From: a virus
Virus record (IMG/VR): IMGVR_UViG_3300027887_000007
Span: 1-64,000 of that record
DNA length: 64,000 bases
Direction: 5' to 3' (one strand)
Of this stretch, positions 49,301 to 55,711 are shown piece by piece (within the stretch, counting starts at the first letter, position 1; each line of letters begins with the position of its first letter). Made by a program: the position numbers and the translations under genes. The notes under the pieces were generated by a model, which was not told the origin of the DNA, did no database searches, and saw only the letters and a program-made list of their open reading frames with translations.

Positions 49301-52178
49301 TCCGGATCATGGGAGGAGCCTTGTCCCCCTCGCGCAGCTGCCCAATGAGTGGGAGGTTGATCTCCCGCAGGACATCCCCCATCCGCTCTTCAAACCACTC
49401 ACCGATCAGCCCGTGCCAAGCCATCTTCTGCTTGAACTTGTTGAAGAAATCGTCGAGCGTCCTAGTGGGGTCGCGTTTGAGCCAGTCGTAGACGATGGCT
49501 GACTTCAACGCGCCAAGCTTGTTGATCAGGGGCAGCTTGGCGAACTGCTTTACCCAAGGCTCGATGGCTTCTTTGAGTGCCTTCTGAGCGTATTCACCGG
49601 GAAGGCCCATGCGCTCAGTCCAGTTCTCAATGACTTGCTGAGGTAGAGCCTTTACGAGGGCCGGCATGAAGTCGTCGTCCCATCGCTCCAACTGGTCGCG
49701 CAATCTCTGAAGGTTGCTGGGGTCGCCTATTTGGGTGGGCAGTTGGTTCTCAAGAGTCTGCTGGAGTAGCCTCTGCGGCATGACAAGCGTATGCACGGTA
49801 GCCGCCGCAGCGGAAGTAACGGCGGTTCTCGCGGCCTTCATCGCCGCTTTCCCTGTGACCTTCTCGCCGAGTATCGTTGCTTCCTTCTTGGCTAGATTCT
49901 CAACCGCTCTCCCGGCTACCTTCTTGGCAACCCTCTCCATGGCCTGGTCGAGCAGAAGCTTCGTCCCCGTGTACGCCCCCCCGGTAGTAGCGAACTCCAG
50001 CGCGTAAGCAGGCATGTTGGCCGCAATCTCAGCGGCGCCATAGAGGAAGGTCGTGTCTCTTCGGCCCTCCTCCTGTTCCTGTAGAAATCCTTCTATGACT
50101 TGAATGTCATGCGGGGTCTCCCGGTTGTCTCTGATCGCACGGGCGGCCTCGAGGATTTCCAGAGAGTGTGCGGCATCGAAGAGGGGTCCGACAAACGGGG
50201 TCAGCGTCAATGCCTTGCGGGACGGCTCGAACCTGCTCAGGTTCTCGTTGTACTCGAACATCTCCGCTGCGAATGTCTTCAGATCCTTCGGCCCGGTCCC
50301 CTTAGCTTCAGCGTGAGCCCTTTTAATCGCAGCGTCGATACGGCTCTGCCTTCTAGCTTCCGACTCGAACTGCTTTGGATCCATGTCCCCCAGAAGGTTC
50401 TCGATCTGGACGCGATCCCGATTGGCAGTCAACACCGCATCTTCGGGTTTCTGCGTCAGGTCCATCTGTACCGTCTTACCCGGCACAACCCGCTGCGGGG
50501 CTTTCATGGCTTCGGCTAGGATGTCCCTGACGTTCCCCTGCTGAGCCCGCATCATAATTGGGATCATGCGGGGATCCGTAGAAGAAGCCAGCTGTATCCC
50601 TTGCGTGGCGCCGAATGCCTGTAGGTCGTCGATCTCCTTCTTCTTCTGCCGAGCCCGATCCGACACTTCTTTGAGGTCCGCCACGAGGGCGCTGTACCTC
50701 TTCATTTCAGAATCGTTGGTCTGATCCGGACCGTCTGGAAACTCCTTGGCGAGCTGTTCGTCTGACAGCTTCATCTCGTCGACTATTGCCGTGAGCTCCT
50801 GATAGGTGGAAATCAGCTGGCCTGCCAGATCGGTCTCAAGCGTCGGCGGTCCAAGAATGGACTTCCCGGTAAGAATCTCTGCCGGTTTCGAGATGTCGAT
50901 CTTCCCGCCCTCGAACCACGGCTCCCCGGGCTTTACCGGGGCGACGGGAGCCCTGCCCGGAGGTGCCATGTCAGAGGCAAGGGGGGGCTGCTGCGTCATG
51001 TCTACGGCCGGTGGTTGGACCTCCGGCGCGGTCTGTGGGGCCGGCGGCGCTGCTGGAGGAGTACCCGCGGCGACTTGCGGTGGCGCGAAAGGAGTCGGGG
51101 GCTGCGCCAGTCCGGGCTGCGGGACTGGAGGAGGCTCTGTCTTTGCGAGAGACCCGCCCTCAGCTGCCGTTCCGGGGCCAGCGATGCTGTACTCCGGAAG
51201 CTTTCCGCCCTTCATGACGTAGTTCCAGGCGTTCGTGTACGCCCTGCCGCCCTCCACGGGGTCGTGGACCTGTCCCTTGCGCCCGATGTACAGCAAAAGC
51301 TCTAGGCCCTCGAGGCCGAGCTTCTTCCCCTTTTCGTACCAAGGCTTCAGATACTTCAGTGACTTCGGGATGACGTAGTCAGGATCGAACTGCAGGTCGA
51401 TGGGCTCGCCCGTCCCCATGCCACCCGGTTCGTTCCACTGGAAAAGACCGCGGCTAGTTCGACCTTTCCCGCCGTCGTTCTGTCTGACCGCTTTCGGGTT
51501 TCCACCAGACTCGCCCATGATGATTGCTCTGGTGATCTCCCTCGGGATTCCGTACTGATCCGAGTATCGGTCGGCCTTTTCCCAGACCGTCTCTTCCTTG
51601 GGCTGCGTTACTGCGCCGGGGATCTTCTGCCTCTGAACCGACGGTACGAACGGTACCGGCGCCCCGAGCTGAGGCGGCGGCGTAAGGGAAGGCTCTTCCT
51701 GCGGTTTAGCGGCAGGAGCCGGCTTTGGAAGAGCTTCCTTGGGTGTCTCTGTGGTTGGGGATCCCAGCGGCCCTGTGACGTCTGGCAACTTGGATTCGAT
51801 CCACTGCCCCCACCCCTTGATCCGCTCGCCAAGGCTCTTTTCGGGCGGTGCCTTTGGCTTGTGTTCCTCGTCCCACTTGGCGTAATACTCTTTCCACGAG
51901 TTGTAGTCTCTGCCAAGTACGTCGTCCTGCACGTCCTTGGGAGCCTTGGCGAACCGCTCAGGTTCGATGATATTTAGCAGGTGCCGCCTAGCCCCCGGCG
52001 TCAACCGATGGAACTCCTCGTTCAGCAGGAGATCCCTTCCCCGCTTGTACTTCTCACGGAAAAGCCTGTTAGCCTCCTCTCGAGATTCCTGTGGCTTTAC
52101 CGACTGGACGCCGCTGGAGAACGTACTGTCTTCCTGCGAGGGATCTAGCTCCTGCGGGTCAACCGGCTGCGTAGCCAT
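34320..52178 (-). CDS. giant polyvalent virion/ejection protein (lytic transglycosylase, GHKL ATPase, zincin, N6-MTase, Strawberry-notch helicase, zincin, LPD38-like)
   Basis: GESGGN..GLFQ; REMLQNSVDA/DNGIGM/GGFGIA; HELVH; QFSTP/EPSAGTG/NPPF; GDGTGVGKG/DESH/SATG/GRAHRSNQ; HEAGH..EGFAE; IPKPF. Confidence 0.9.
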   Translation of the reverse strand: MATQPVDPQELDPSQEDSTFSSGVQSVKPQESREEANRLFREKYKRGRDLLLNEEFHRLTPGARRHLLNIIEPERFAKAPKDVQDDVLGRDYNSWKEYYAKWDEEHKPKAPPEKSLGERIKGWGQWIESKLPDVTGPLGSPTTETPKEALPKPAPAAKPQEEPSLTPPPQLGAPVPFVPSVQRQKIPGAVTQPKEETVWEKADRYSDQYGIPREITRAIIMGESGGNPKAVRQNDGGKGRTSRGLFQWNEPGGMGTGEPIDLQFDPDYVIPKSLKYLKPWYEKGKKLGLEGLELLLYIGRKGQVHDPVEGGRAYTNAWNYVMKGGKLPEYSIAGPGTAAEGGSLAKTEPPPVPQPGLAQPPTPFAPPQVAAGTPPAAPPAPQTAPEVQPPAVDMTQQPPLASDMAPPGRAPVAPVKPGEPWFEGGKIDISKPAEILTGKSILGPPTLETDLAGQLISTYQELTAIVDEMKLSDEQLAKEFPDGPDQTNDSEMKRYSALVADLKEVSDRARQKKKEIDDLQAFGATQGIQLASSTDPRMIPIMMRAQQGNVRDILAEAMKAPQRVVPGKTVQMDLTQKPEDAVLTANRDRVQIENLLGDMDPKQFESEARRQSRIDAAIKRAHAEAKGTGPKDLKTFAAEMFEYNENLSRFEPSRKALTLTPFVGPLFDAAHSLEILEAARAIRDNRETPHDIQVIEGFLQEQEEGRRDTTFLYGAAEIAANMPAYALEFATTGGAYTGTKLLLDQAMERVAKKVAGRAVENLAKKEATILGEKVTGKAAMKAARTAVTSAAAATVHTLVMPQRLLQQTLENQLPTQIGDPSNLQRLRDQLERWDDDFMPALVKALPQQVIENWTERMGLPGEYAQKALKEAIEPWVKQFAKLPLINKLGALKSAIVYDWLKRDPTRTLDDFFNKFKQKMAWHGLIGEWFEERMGDVLREINLPLIGQLREGDKAPPMIRIFTDPMSAKAEAIDDFLYQFGQEIAAFSVPTAVKGAIYALERGMRRAPAKAETGNPHGVTDEVMRVLRYSGFKDEEIAQWNILELRQVLVGVLDKHKGVLPTVPAPTPPAETPPPAAPEGGVPPVEGGVPPVEGGVPPVEGGVPPVEGGVPPVEGGVPPVEGVPPEPAPPVPTPNQIDFAVARIGREREDLILNIDRASERSRVESQIEWLGQASDTLSQYRDNPVSPVPQEVLDLMDAAGPSDWIRRQLEPNEPVGGPSDEQIKAAAEWWDNKDPNLRLTIAQEIGTHLDETGNPIPAEVLASIDSSTLPESALLAIERSYRAIYGTFVPPTSANTPYPGDAVMTAAVARVSEIMGRLGLDPDRISRRLFGKEFSQLELSEVERLERGLLPKTVAPQEPGLTKPPETREAATPADSVLVGMLHGLDEMEVQAWLDRRMTEIMEAQPLAGDESARMQAEGEIVAQGHTILAVMEEGDQLVTTDGLKYQRVGQSLYHVLENGKIGAFAGAIYGYDHDQNGELIYDPTTGEAKYVFQANDNLGYLAAKSKIVRKPIEGAPVGEPPPPETTEAPPTATQPTLPEDPDTIKLQLANLANGSRNAVFIAASTMAKLTDEEKDSLELWNIMPPLRLVDISDHPKVEDGFLVYRSDSYSEDDISSMLDAGKLYELLGIVAPKDADADAGVIVWAVNPDGTMTVAGHAVVPRWDVPRQVQAFRNEFNAKEGKPLTPIRIHVGTAEEIAAMVSEAAQGGLPGPPPESENAPPSQKLEPHQMTREQYDASDYPQHEDPTVLERGLDDLRMTLVHQVAPKFLRPENRGLYTFKYRNTITSMEDEMHLLGGWVREGLLDSEIELAEWFELWHNKVDQLFNDPAIDERDISPDELALTKDVAHQAVRNFALAVEEAQFHNELYDDHHFKAVEEALSIGREVPQQVLDEYPILRDGNFLGFDLPLGFEELAQFAAKRFPKAQQEAWEQYVANPWHGHEPTGSSLFEFLSNVFSSYGISPRKLKKVLDAYRESKPEGEQRPTTPVNTKPKPGHPLPDLPDAPEELHNSWAVQNRLRVLGFTEAQIHMMTPQQAYDFAAGEIVAQPSTEIGNISLYTVHEDNEANFRVYDSSGVESAGPFSTPKEADEVRESLQETLNEILGQAGVGTKPPETTTPEGPTEEIEYESTEQEEVLLAIREENEDPDRPTFLDTFEVDLEKGHYFVASGHEAEILLQALYDKSKQYDNKKDWKLHQGADELIEKHIAHFNLQDSEIVKKNRGPILKKRKKTTITPPPPTEEKKGPEITPPPTTPPTEEVKGEDLKKVLTGGLGSDDLAKLKGAFGTKPPGALPDAKAVKDAFEWMRDQGYLPPRATMEIVKDAQGREWAVQKMDGRAQYILGVKTYEGSDLTEIALREMLQNSVDALRGIRDGRKGTIGVTVKAERGQKPTIKIVDNGIGMSKATMGTFFVEPFASLKFDENGEVLENSSGGFGIAKVAIYGSADTIRVSSVNFNPETRRWEETWFEGTGDDFQTKGFLLNSVVPTTKRKAGTEIEITLNKPSPYPALLKQWCKDWLGRNRLPEFDINFLFNESPVIPAEFGEWTKLSEIGDRNFSGDIYYQPGVHKKVGYVNVHTLVNGFSTFEKTYRLDEDLDLPPELVIDIHPKADPAHKDLVYPLAMNRNDFSKSTDALVFEWIKNTLIVKAAAAERQKTDDIVYKGYNVGSTRFKVVDSNEDQLPPDVVKAISSDPIVQKTIELTAACFEELQKRTAVLHPDHADRIMKAKFHGYGLGSSYNGIIFHGDLKAFGEDHDPSKPYLILLNLHNLVHAGTHFEKSGLLSRDEAITVHCTRILSTLIEHELVHTVHWNHEKDFAAFMQDIRTSLVPEETKWRGILTAHFKANGYAATTAFRRYFDLLSAPRGATGDLLGKIGSSDGVPRLVHARPEVLSAMDERSGGGPEAVLGMDTGVQGGDSSGLASIADMGGSRPGHISSLDPATRKNLVLLGAHFYREHSVKEEWAEAVIANSAEWVRPYLDQVYQMVENYARIMGFRRPEAPPPPPPETQTKQEQYRNLVAKVRAAILAGESFNNRKLQAMANEVFGGQRGEGKYELRDMYDAFEAGVSAAIEMSNIVDFGNPIETLMALMELQSRLAVQSDRTMEQIDLQQFSTPPAQAFVAAYALGIASGPMSALEPSAGTGMLATMLRIRGAQVTANEIDERRLQMLQIRGFTTTDVDALHINTTGTAVSDLRPNLVLMNPPFSAGPTGKNTAHGARHIMQALQKLSPGGRLVAIIGEGMARGKDKFVGWWGEVDQKYTVRADIGLAGKFYQKMGTSFPQRLLVIDKIGPLPKGAEIVTGEECSPSEAAVLLAKIAEDDIYGRTTERSQPPSLPPPPTPPTPPGEPPTGEGTGGGSGGGGGRGGTSRGGRPGGRGGASGGGGGGVHAPGTRGEGNPPAPPRPPGPGEPGPEDTEGVGPRGGNEPPVEPQPPPADIKIVTTDRKMGEEESAVYVRYQVRKALYEGVTPHPAPLIESGPQASVDFPDVKVKLNLPEDVFHPPPVPEGEEPLGLSDAQLECVTFAVQALNDLTKDGRHYGFWIGDGTGVGKGREIAGIIYHYLRETGNKRALWLTATSQLLESAQRDINRVMVPMKTIHLNDPRYADEAPVTDDGILFTQYSTASIGWGSDPKRFRQIVDFLTPRTKKILEAGDFWTNPETGLSERIPSSMVGKEVEVKGDPKDFDGVIVFDESHKMKNAIPDDGSHSGSTGGTNAGKMGGELSKVFPKARIVYVSATGATKPSNMGYMDRLMLWGAEGSPFKTFDDFTEAMRAGGLQSMEMLARDLKAVGLFISRSLSYGGPDAEPWEKVEYGYVDHQLNEFQVEQYNNAASLFSELVQAMEWAEKNAHQRHDQTRFSVYYSMQQRFFLQLMTTYQIGSMFEKVDECLAQGMAPIINILSTNETLMEEIVTERKAAGKSLDDIDLGPRQMVRRFIEEYFPTEEFDVSRDPMTGKLEHIPTGEQNQANVEKQQELLALCDSLVLPDNPIDLIGQHFGGWSRISEISGREHRLENGQHVSVKPDGLKLTKGDTKNNWELRRFQKGETDVLVITAAGNAGISAHASRAAVNKKRRVMFCAQLSWSADQQMQFFGRAHRSNQASAPMIYLVRTNVRGQERLINAVSRRLASLGAFTQGHREALAGSLFNIEDFTDAYGKAACMHTVADLMAGNFYHPDMSGQEILTKLGYVRKDKQGKLHLRPTAGRNPENFLNRIMVLPVTVQNAVFDYFYATYTRLVQAAKEAGRFDEGVSKIRATEIDIKGAEHLYTDPRSGAETQLVEMEGSFESPRQQFEDLPRSAGMLGFYTNKRSGMIYAAYTWIDPQDGSRYVDLRSVKFRRERVPLEEFQKNYAKEDIEPAPGALRVAQDPNAPNQKAPIRWSNPKDETRYYEIIEHEEKRAAQGLPKPPRSLEEREAVERMEGEAPPLLGRITVPLWGIERARTLWNMELASIPKTFRAPIYMVTGAIFPVYDKIMGDNGLRHVRVVRAILKDGSGIIGFQVQANEITALKQRLGLGTELKAETGTSLFHMIRSGANVQLTNNWQIYMCDPIHGERRMEINMSRAYKESLVAQLREWGAIVEVIKTPGGSMRPRAFIPLDENDGPKLLDKIIEKYPADRVISTGTADPTTPPGSAGGGSGPSPLMPYDQGDGKKSIDLGLEMEPPTDNFQAAKGAQFWVEQAMESAKRIIDGIGDVSDQRMVHKAPIMAQRLLNWIQTNDLDQWLLEGNTVLDVTTEVKNHILESRKYDEVQAKIEANAYMPHLLRMQQELDQITGKEGISDPNGPTLSLEEGPVSGATTVPLLPPPSAMASTPPVLPPVAGSTAFQPGPNPQKLSRKDLVTKHKILKDLTKALNVPMRFGRFRMKALGIYKPRAEVIRLRKKLGGVGEKPGDLGPLNVAFHEAGHHINKLLWGLSKGDLNYSALAPFATELEPLATKPRAGGSKIPEGFAEYVRLWVTQNPVARASAPSFTQFFERTLDLNPDVKKALTTARDDFIRWAAQPASAKILAHISFDAPIYETNWWSGLYTKVINHLNPLNKVVKRIEKEAGKKLADLKVEDPHLLARLRAGWVAKADQFLNVDTFDPINLSPTGDGFRAILEPVRDRLDDLRICAIALRTLEKKGLQGREVGITLDEARSSLQLQGFDPRTLQPITPEAAMIWNALQGMYDYQDRLLRYYADSGMLERSYDPNHPGPYEKIKKMNKFYVPFHRLYEAGIGEKSGGSKGMAGEGVGNLWQPGSLKKFTGSWLPILDPLETIIKNTYTMINLADRNRVAQALYSLSQLDGAGWVAEPVPPDMRPTSFTLSEIRGALEAAGFNLSDPDIDLDAIATVFRPIKAPSPKENIITVHVRGKVKLLQLNPELYNAVQGLDVEEVNVLMRVLAVPAKILRLGATGINPEFTPKNILRDAATAFMQTSLYSKKHPLGFVPGWHSLMGLWHVFKRDDLYHEWIRGGGAHAAMISLDRDHIRQQLTDLVTHPILTAIKPRKWIDSLRVLSELSEEMTRVAVYKLARDKGMPIREAALESREATLDYSRMGAKMLSISMTHAFWNAAVQDIDKFGRTIKERPYESAIKGSALALISVLLWSVNKDDEKYQELPWWLKDSCWLFPTKGTSLYKVTPYVPIPKPFLWGYVFCNTAERMCEWIHRRDKSAIDEFLTNTFTQVLPAVPFAQATGIMPLLENYFNHSFFTGRMIETPHMQLLEPEDRAEWYTSKAAVTTSKAIAKIYHEMTKVFGEDIFDFRVSPVKLENLMFGYTAGAGRIVTREVVDRLIPDSGPTDPTPKMVDVSLARTFGVRYPSGGLVSLQKLQKRLQRLEMRYQSFREGIKNPGSVSAPQLTDDEWAEYATLKAAGEIIRLYHGQVRMVINSRRPEATPERKRKDIDAYYLSMLAMARSALKAADAIKAGRAKGLTQDQIGHELEKLKEEELRLAPSLKWPEDEAVPASQENALPSPPPM
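48811..48948 (-). repeat. 21-bp coding tandem repeat (PPVEGGV, about 6 copies)
   Basis: CCGCCTTCTACTGG(A/G)GG(A/G)AC(A/G) units on the + strand. Confidence 0.9.
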
Positions 52179-52191
52179 CTATCAGGCTCTC

Positions 52192-53967
52192 CTACTGAAG
52201 ATCAGCTTTGGGGGTAACGGGCTTCTGAGCGCCACCCTTGGTTTCTTTGTCGACAAACTTGTTTGCTTTTTCCTCGTCAGTTGGGGCGGGTTTCCCCTCC
52301 TGCATGGCCATCAACGTATCCAAGTCTGGGAAATTGTTGTCTTGCAGGAACTTGTCGACCCCCTTCCTGACCTCACGCTCGAGTCCCGCTGGATCCGTGG
52401 CGGCAAGTCGCATGAGCTGGAGCGGACCAAGCTGCTCATACGCATTAGCGTGAGCTGCCCGTATGACCGAAAGCCGCTGCGCGAGCGTGATCCTCTTGCC
52501 ATTCAGGATCTCGTTCTTTATGGTCTGAGCTTCGTTCATGAGCTTGGTTCTCTCGTTGCGGAGAGAGGCGTAGGTAAGGTCTAGCTCCTGCTTCCCGACC
52601 TTCGCTTTGATACCGCGGAATCGCTGGTCGGCCAGCTGGTGTCGCGCCTCTTCAACGGATACTCCGTAGTTCGCAGCGTATTGAGCCGCGTCCGCATTCT
52701 CTTTCTGGAACTGAGTTTGGGTTGCGGTCGTAAGTGATGCCGGGTAAGGATCTCCTACGTTTTCTCCGGCTGCAGTTGTGGGTTGAAACATCACAACGCC
52801 GCTTGTCGGATCGAGGTACGTTTTGCCCTTGCCCGGACGGTCCCACGGATCGTAGCTGGTACCGGCTAGTGAGAAGCCTTTTCCGGTCATGATGTTGGCT
52901 GTGATTTGCGCCCTCTGTTGCTCTGAGAGCTTGTTCCATCCGTCGCCCATCTCCTTCTTTAGGTCCTCGAGGTCTTGGCGGGCGTACTTCCGCTGTATCT
53001 CGCGGGCGGCGTCTGCCTTATCGGTGGCATCCTGCATTTCCAGTCGTGTCTTCGTCCAGTTCCACTGACTCGGGTACCATTCTGGCTTTGGCGGCATGGC
53101 CGCTGCCAGCCGGGTAATGCTTGCCTTCTGTTCCTGTCCTGCCGGCGTCTGCCCACCGGCTTGTCCCGCAGGCGGTTGTCCCGTGGGCGCTCCCGGCGGC
53201 TGACCCTGTCCTTCCCGCGGGGGCGCTGTCATCTGTGTCGGGACGGTCTGCGACTCAACCTGTCCCATGGTCGTCGGCTGGCCGTAAGCAGGCCCGCCCT
53301 CGCGGGCCATCGGACCTTCGCCCGCGAATCCTTGGGTCGTCCTTCCGCCGCGGAGCGCGGTATCCACTCCTCCGGTAGGACCCATGGTCGTTGGTCGACC
53401 ATAGATCGGAGGTTGCGACTGCCCCCGGCCGGCCAGCGGCCCGGCATTCGTAAACCCCGTGGTCATCACTGGAGTTGATGGACCAGCTCCGGGTTCCATC
53501 GACGCCATACCCGGAGTCATGCTCTGCTCTGGCGGCGGCGTGTTAATGCTTTCCGGACGCCCCTCCGGCTTGGCCGGCTCTTCGGGCGGCTTTGATAGCC
53601 CGGTCCCCGGCTGCCCGGCCATTTGTGTCACAGCGCCGGCCCTGTCTTGAGGAGAGGATGCGCCCTTCCCCTTGCTACCCCCCCTACCGATTCCGAGAAG
53701 AAGCCCGACCTTCGCCAGCCCGCCGACCTTCTGATTGATCGCTTTCTCGGCGTCAAATGCGGCCTGATGTGCTTGCGCCTCTAGTTCTCTGGCCAGATCG
53801 TCGTTAGCCATCGGGCCTTTGGCGCGTTCCATCTGGGCGTGTTTCATGTAGTCGTCAGACGCCCGCATGAGCGTGTCAAACTGACGCTGCCGTTCCTGAT
53901 GGCGTTGGGCGATGGTATCCTGATAGCCCTTCATGAATCCGCCGAAAGCTTCTCCCCATCCGGGCAT
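52192..53967 (-). CDS. putative internal virion/ejection protein
   Basis: Low-complexity G/P/Q-rich and helical; directly upstream of the giant protein. Confidence 0.65.
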   Translation of the reverse strand: MPGWGEAFGGFMKGYQDTIAQRHQERQRQFDTLMRASDDYMKHAQMERAKGPMANDDLARELEAQAHQAAFDAEKAINQKVGGLAKVGLLLGIGRGGSKGKGASSPQDRAGAVTQMAGQPGTGLSKPPEEPAKPEGRPESINTPPPEQSMTPGMASMEPGAGPSTPVMTTGFTNAGPLAGRGQSQPPIYGRPTTMGPTGGVDTALRGGRTTQGFAGEGPMAREGGPAYGQPTTMGQVESQTVPTQMTAPPREGQGQPPGAPTGQPPAGQAGGQTPAGQEQKASITRLAAAMPPKPEWYPSQWNWTKTRLEMQDATDKADAAREIQRKYARQDLEDLKKEMGDGWNKLSEQQRAQITANIMTGKGFSLAGTSYDPWDRPGKGKTYLDPTSGVVMFQPTTAAGENVGDPYPASLTTATQTQFQKENADAAQYAANYGVSVEEARHQLADQRFRGIKAKVGKQELDLTYASLRNERTKLMNEAQTIKNEILNGKRITLAQRLSVIRAAHANAYEQLGPLQLMRLAATDPAGLEREVRKGVDKFLQDNNFPDLDTLMAMQEGKPAPTDEEKANKFVDKETKGGAQKPVTPKADLQ

Positions 53968-53969
53968 AA

Positions 53970-54314
53970 CTACCTCCTGCTGGCCTTCCGGCTCGGCTTA
54001 CGGGCTTTTGTCAGGCGTTGGACCTTTGAGACGATTTCGGACGGGATAACAACCTCTCCCTTGTGCAGCTTGTACGCCCCGGTCTTGTTGATGCGTCCGC
54101 CCTTGCGTTTTTCTGGGAGAGGTTCCCGAACCACCCGAGAAGGAATCACGGGACCCTCTTGACCCTCCGGCAAGGGCTCCATGGCTTCCTGAGAGTATCT
54201 ACTACCACCCTTGCCGATAGCCTTTTTGAAGCGATCGACGAGGCTCCCGCCCTTTTCTTTTGCCGCGAGACCGGCCGCGGCGCCGCCGGCTAGTCCACCG
54301 AGAAATGCGCCCAT
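53970..54314 (-). CDS. small virion-associated protein
   Basis: Gly/Ala N-terminus; KGG...G..KLHKGEVVIP motif. Confidence 0.65.
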   Translation of the reverse strand: MGAFLGGLAGGAAAGLAAKEKGGSLVDRFKKAIGKGGSRYSQEAMEPLPEGQEGPVIPSRVVREPLPEKRKGGRINKTGAYKLHKGEVVIPSEIVSKVQRLTKARKPSRKASRR

Positions 54315-54332
54315 AACGCCTCCGATATTGGA

Positions 54333-54848
54333 CTACATCATTGCCACAAGGGAACCGACACCCTGGCCGATACCGGCCGCGTTCTGGGCCCCGAGCTGGG
54401 CGAGGTTGGTGTACATGCCGCCCGCACCTTGGAACTGATTGCCGGCTCCTCCCATCGCCCCGATTCCAGACTGGGTTCCGAACTGGGAGAAGGCGCCAAG
54501 GCGTGTCAGGGCGTCGGACCAAGCTGCATTTGCCATACCGGTTTTGGCTCCGGCCTCAGACAGCCTCATGTCTCGCATACTGATATCGCGCAGACCACCC
54601 GGCGGGAGCTCGTTTTTGATCTTGTTGTAGCCGACACCGAACTGGCCTGTCGCCTGATTCATGGCGGGGGCCATCGCCCGCTGCATACTCTGTCCGCCCT
54701 TTACGATGTCGGACCACGTTCCGCCGGCAAGCTTCCGATAGGGCGAGGTCTCACCCCAGAGCTCCTTCGCCATCCCGGTCATTTCCTTGCCGATGTTGGC
54801 AACGCTCTCGGCCTGAATCCGGGCCGCGCCCATATCCCCTTTACCCAT
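54333..54848 (-). CDS. Gly/Ala/Met-rich putative ejection (pilot) protein
   Basis: Composition and position typical of podoviral internal proteins. Confidence 0.6.
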   Translation of the reverse strand: MGKGDMGAARIQAESVANIGKEMTGMAKELWGETSPYRKLAGGTWSDIVKGGQSMQRAMAPAMNQATGQFGVGYNKIKNELPPGGLRDISMRDMRLSEAGAKTGMANAAWSDALTRLGAFSQFGTQSGIGAMGGAGNQFQGAGGMYTNLAQLGAQNAAGIGQGVGSLVAMM

Positions 54849-54850
54849 GG

Positions 54851-55456
54851 CTAGCTCCTAAGCCCGGAGAAGTAGTCTTCAGACGTAAGCTGGGAGACTA
54901 CCCCGGCACATACCTTGCCCTCGTACGTGGTGTAGCGAGGGATCCGGCAGATTTCCTTGAGGCCAAGCCTCTTTACGAAGAGCAAAGCCGCACGGTTAGG
55001 CTCCGGCGTAAGCCCAACCAGCGTGTGCAACCCCAGAAGGTTGAACCAGTAGTCGAACAGGATTTCGTGGCACGGATCGGTGTAGGCCGGCTTCTGGTAG
55101 TTCTTGAAGAACAGGAACGATCCGATCGCCTTGTTGAGCGTCCCGCCGCAGCAGTTCTGTGTCTCTGACAGCCACGCCATTCCAACGACGTCAACTACGC
55201 TGTCCGTCTGCTCGTCCATCAGCGCAAAAACGCTGAGGAAGGTTCTGGGGCTGGACATGAAGTTCATGAACTGCAGGAGAGTCATCTCCGGGTTCTCGTG
55301 AAACACGATCTCCTGCAGACCGTCTTGGTGAATTCTGAAGTACAGATCGACTAGGCCCTGCTGCGATGTCGACCCGTCATCTACCCTGTACGGGACCAAC
55401 GTGAAGTGGCCCCGTCTGAACTGAAAATCCATCTTCTCGGCAACGGCTCCTTGCAT
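54851..55456 (-). CDS. GNAT-fold protein in the virion module
   Basis: LVGLTPEPNRAALLFVKRLGLKE motif B; lies between nozzle and ejection genes. Confidence 0.7.
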   Translation of the reverse strand: MQGAVAEKMDFQFRRGHFTLVPYRVDDGSTSQQGLVDLYFRIHQDGLQEIVFHENPEMTLLQFMNFMSSPRTFLSVFALMDEQTDSVVDVVGMAWLSETQNCCGGTLNKAIGSFLFFKNYQKPAYTDPCHEILFDYWFNLLGLHTLVGLTPEPNRAALLFVKRLGLKEICRIPRYTTYEGKVCAGVVSQLTSEDYFSGLRS

Positions 55457-55501
55457 ATCTCCCCTCCGGCAAAATCCCGTCACTACCGTAACATATTGAA
55501 G

Positions 55502-55705
55502 TCAATCTACTATCTCGAACAGACCGCTGCTCAAATAGGTCTGGACGTCCTCCCGCTTGACCCTCACCCTCTCACCGTAAGTGCCGAACATCCGGCCCGG
55601 CCGGTCGGGCTGTGGGGAGAAGCTGAAAGGACGAAAGGCCTTGTAAGCCATCGTCACGATGTCAGGAAGGTCTGTAAGCCTCTTCTTCTTTCCGCAGCAT
55701 CCCAT
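55502..55705 (-). CDS. small hypothetical protein
   Basis: MGCCGKK start; in operon. Confidence 0.55.
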   Translation of the reverse strand: MGCCGKKKRLTDLPDIVTMAYKAFRPFSFSPQPDRPGRMFGTYGERVRVKREDVQTYLSSGLFEIVD

Positions 55706-55711
55706 GTCGTT

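Noticed and set aside
34546-52584. Many + strand ORFs opposite the giant gene
   Set aside because: Antisense shadows typical of GC-rich coding DNA, with no motifs or RBS.
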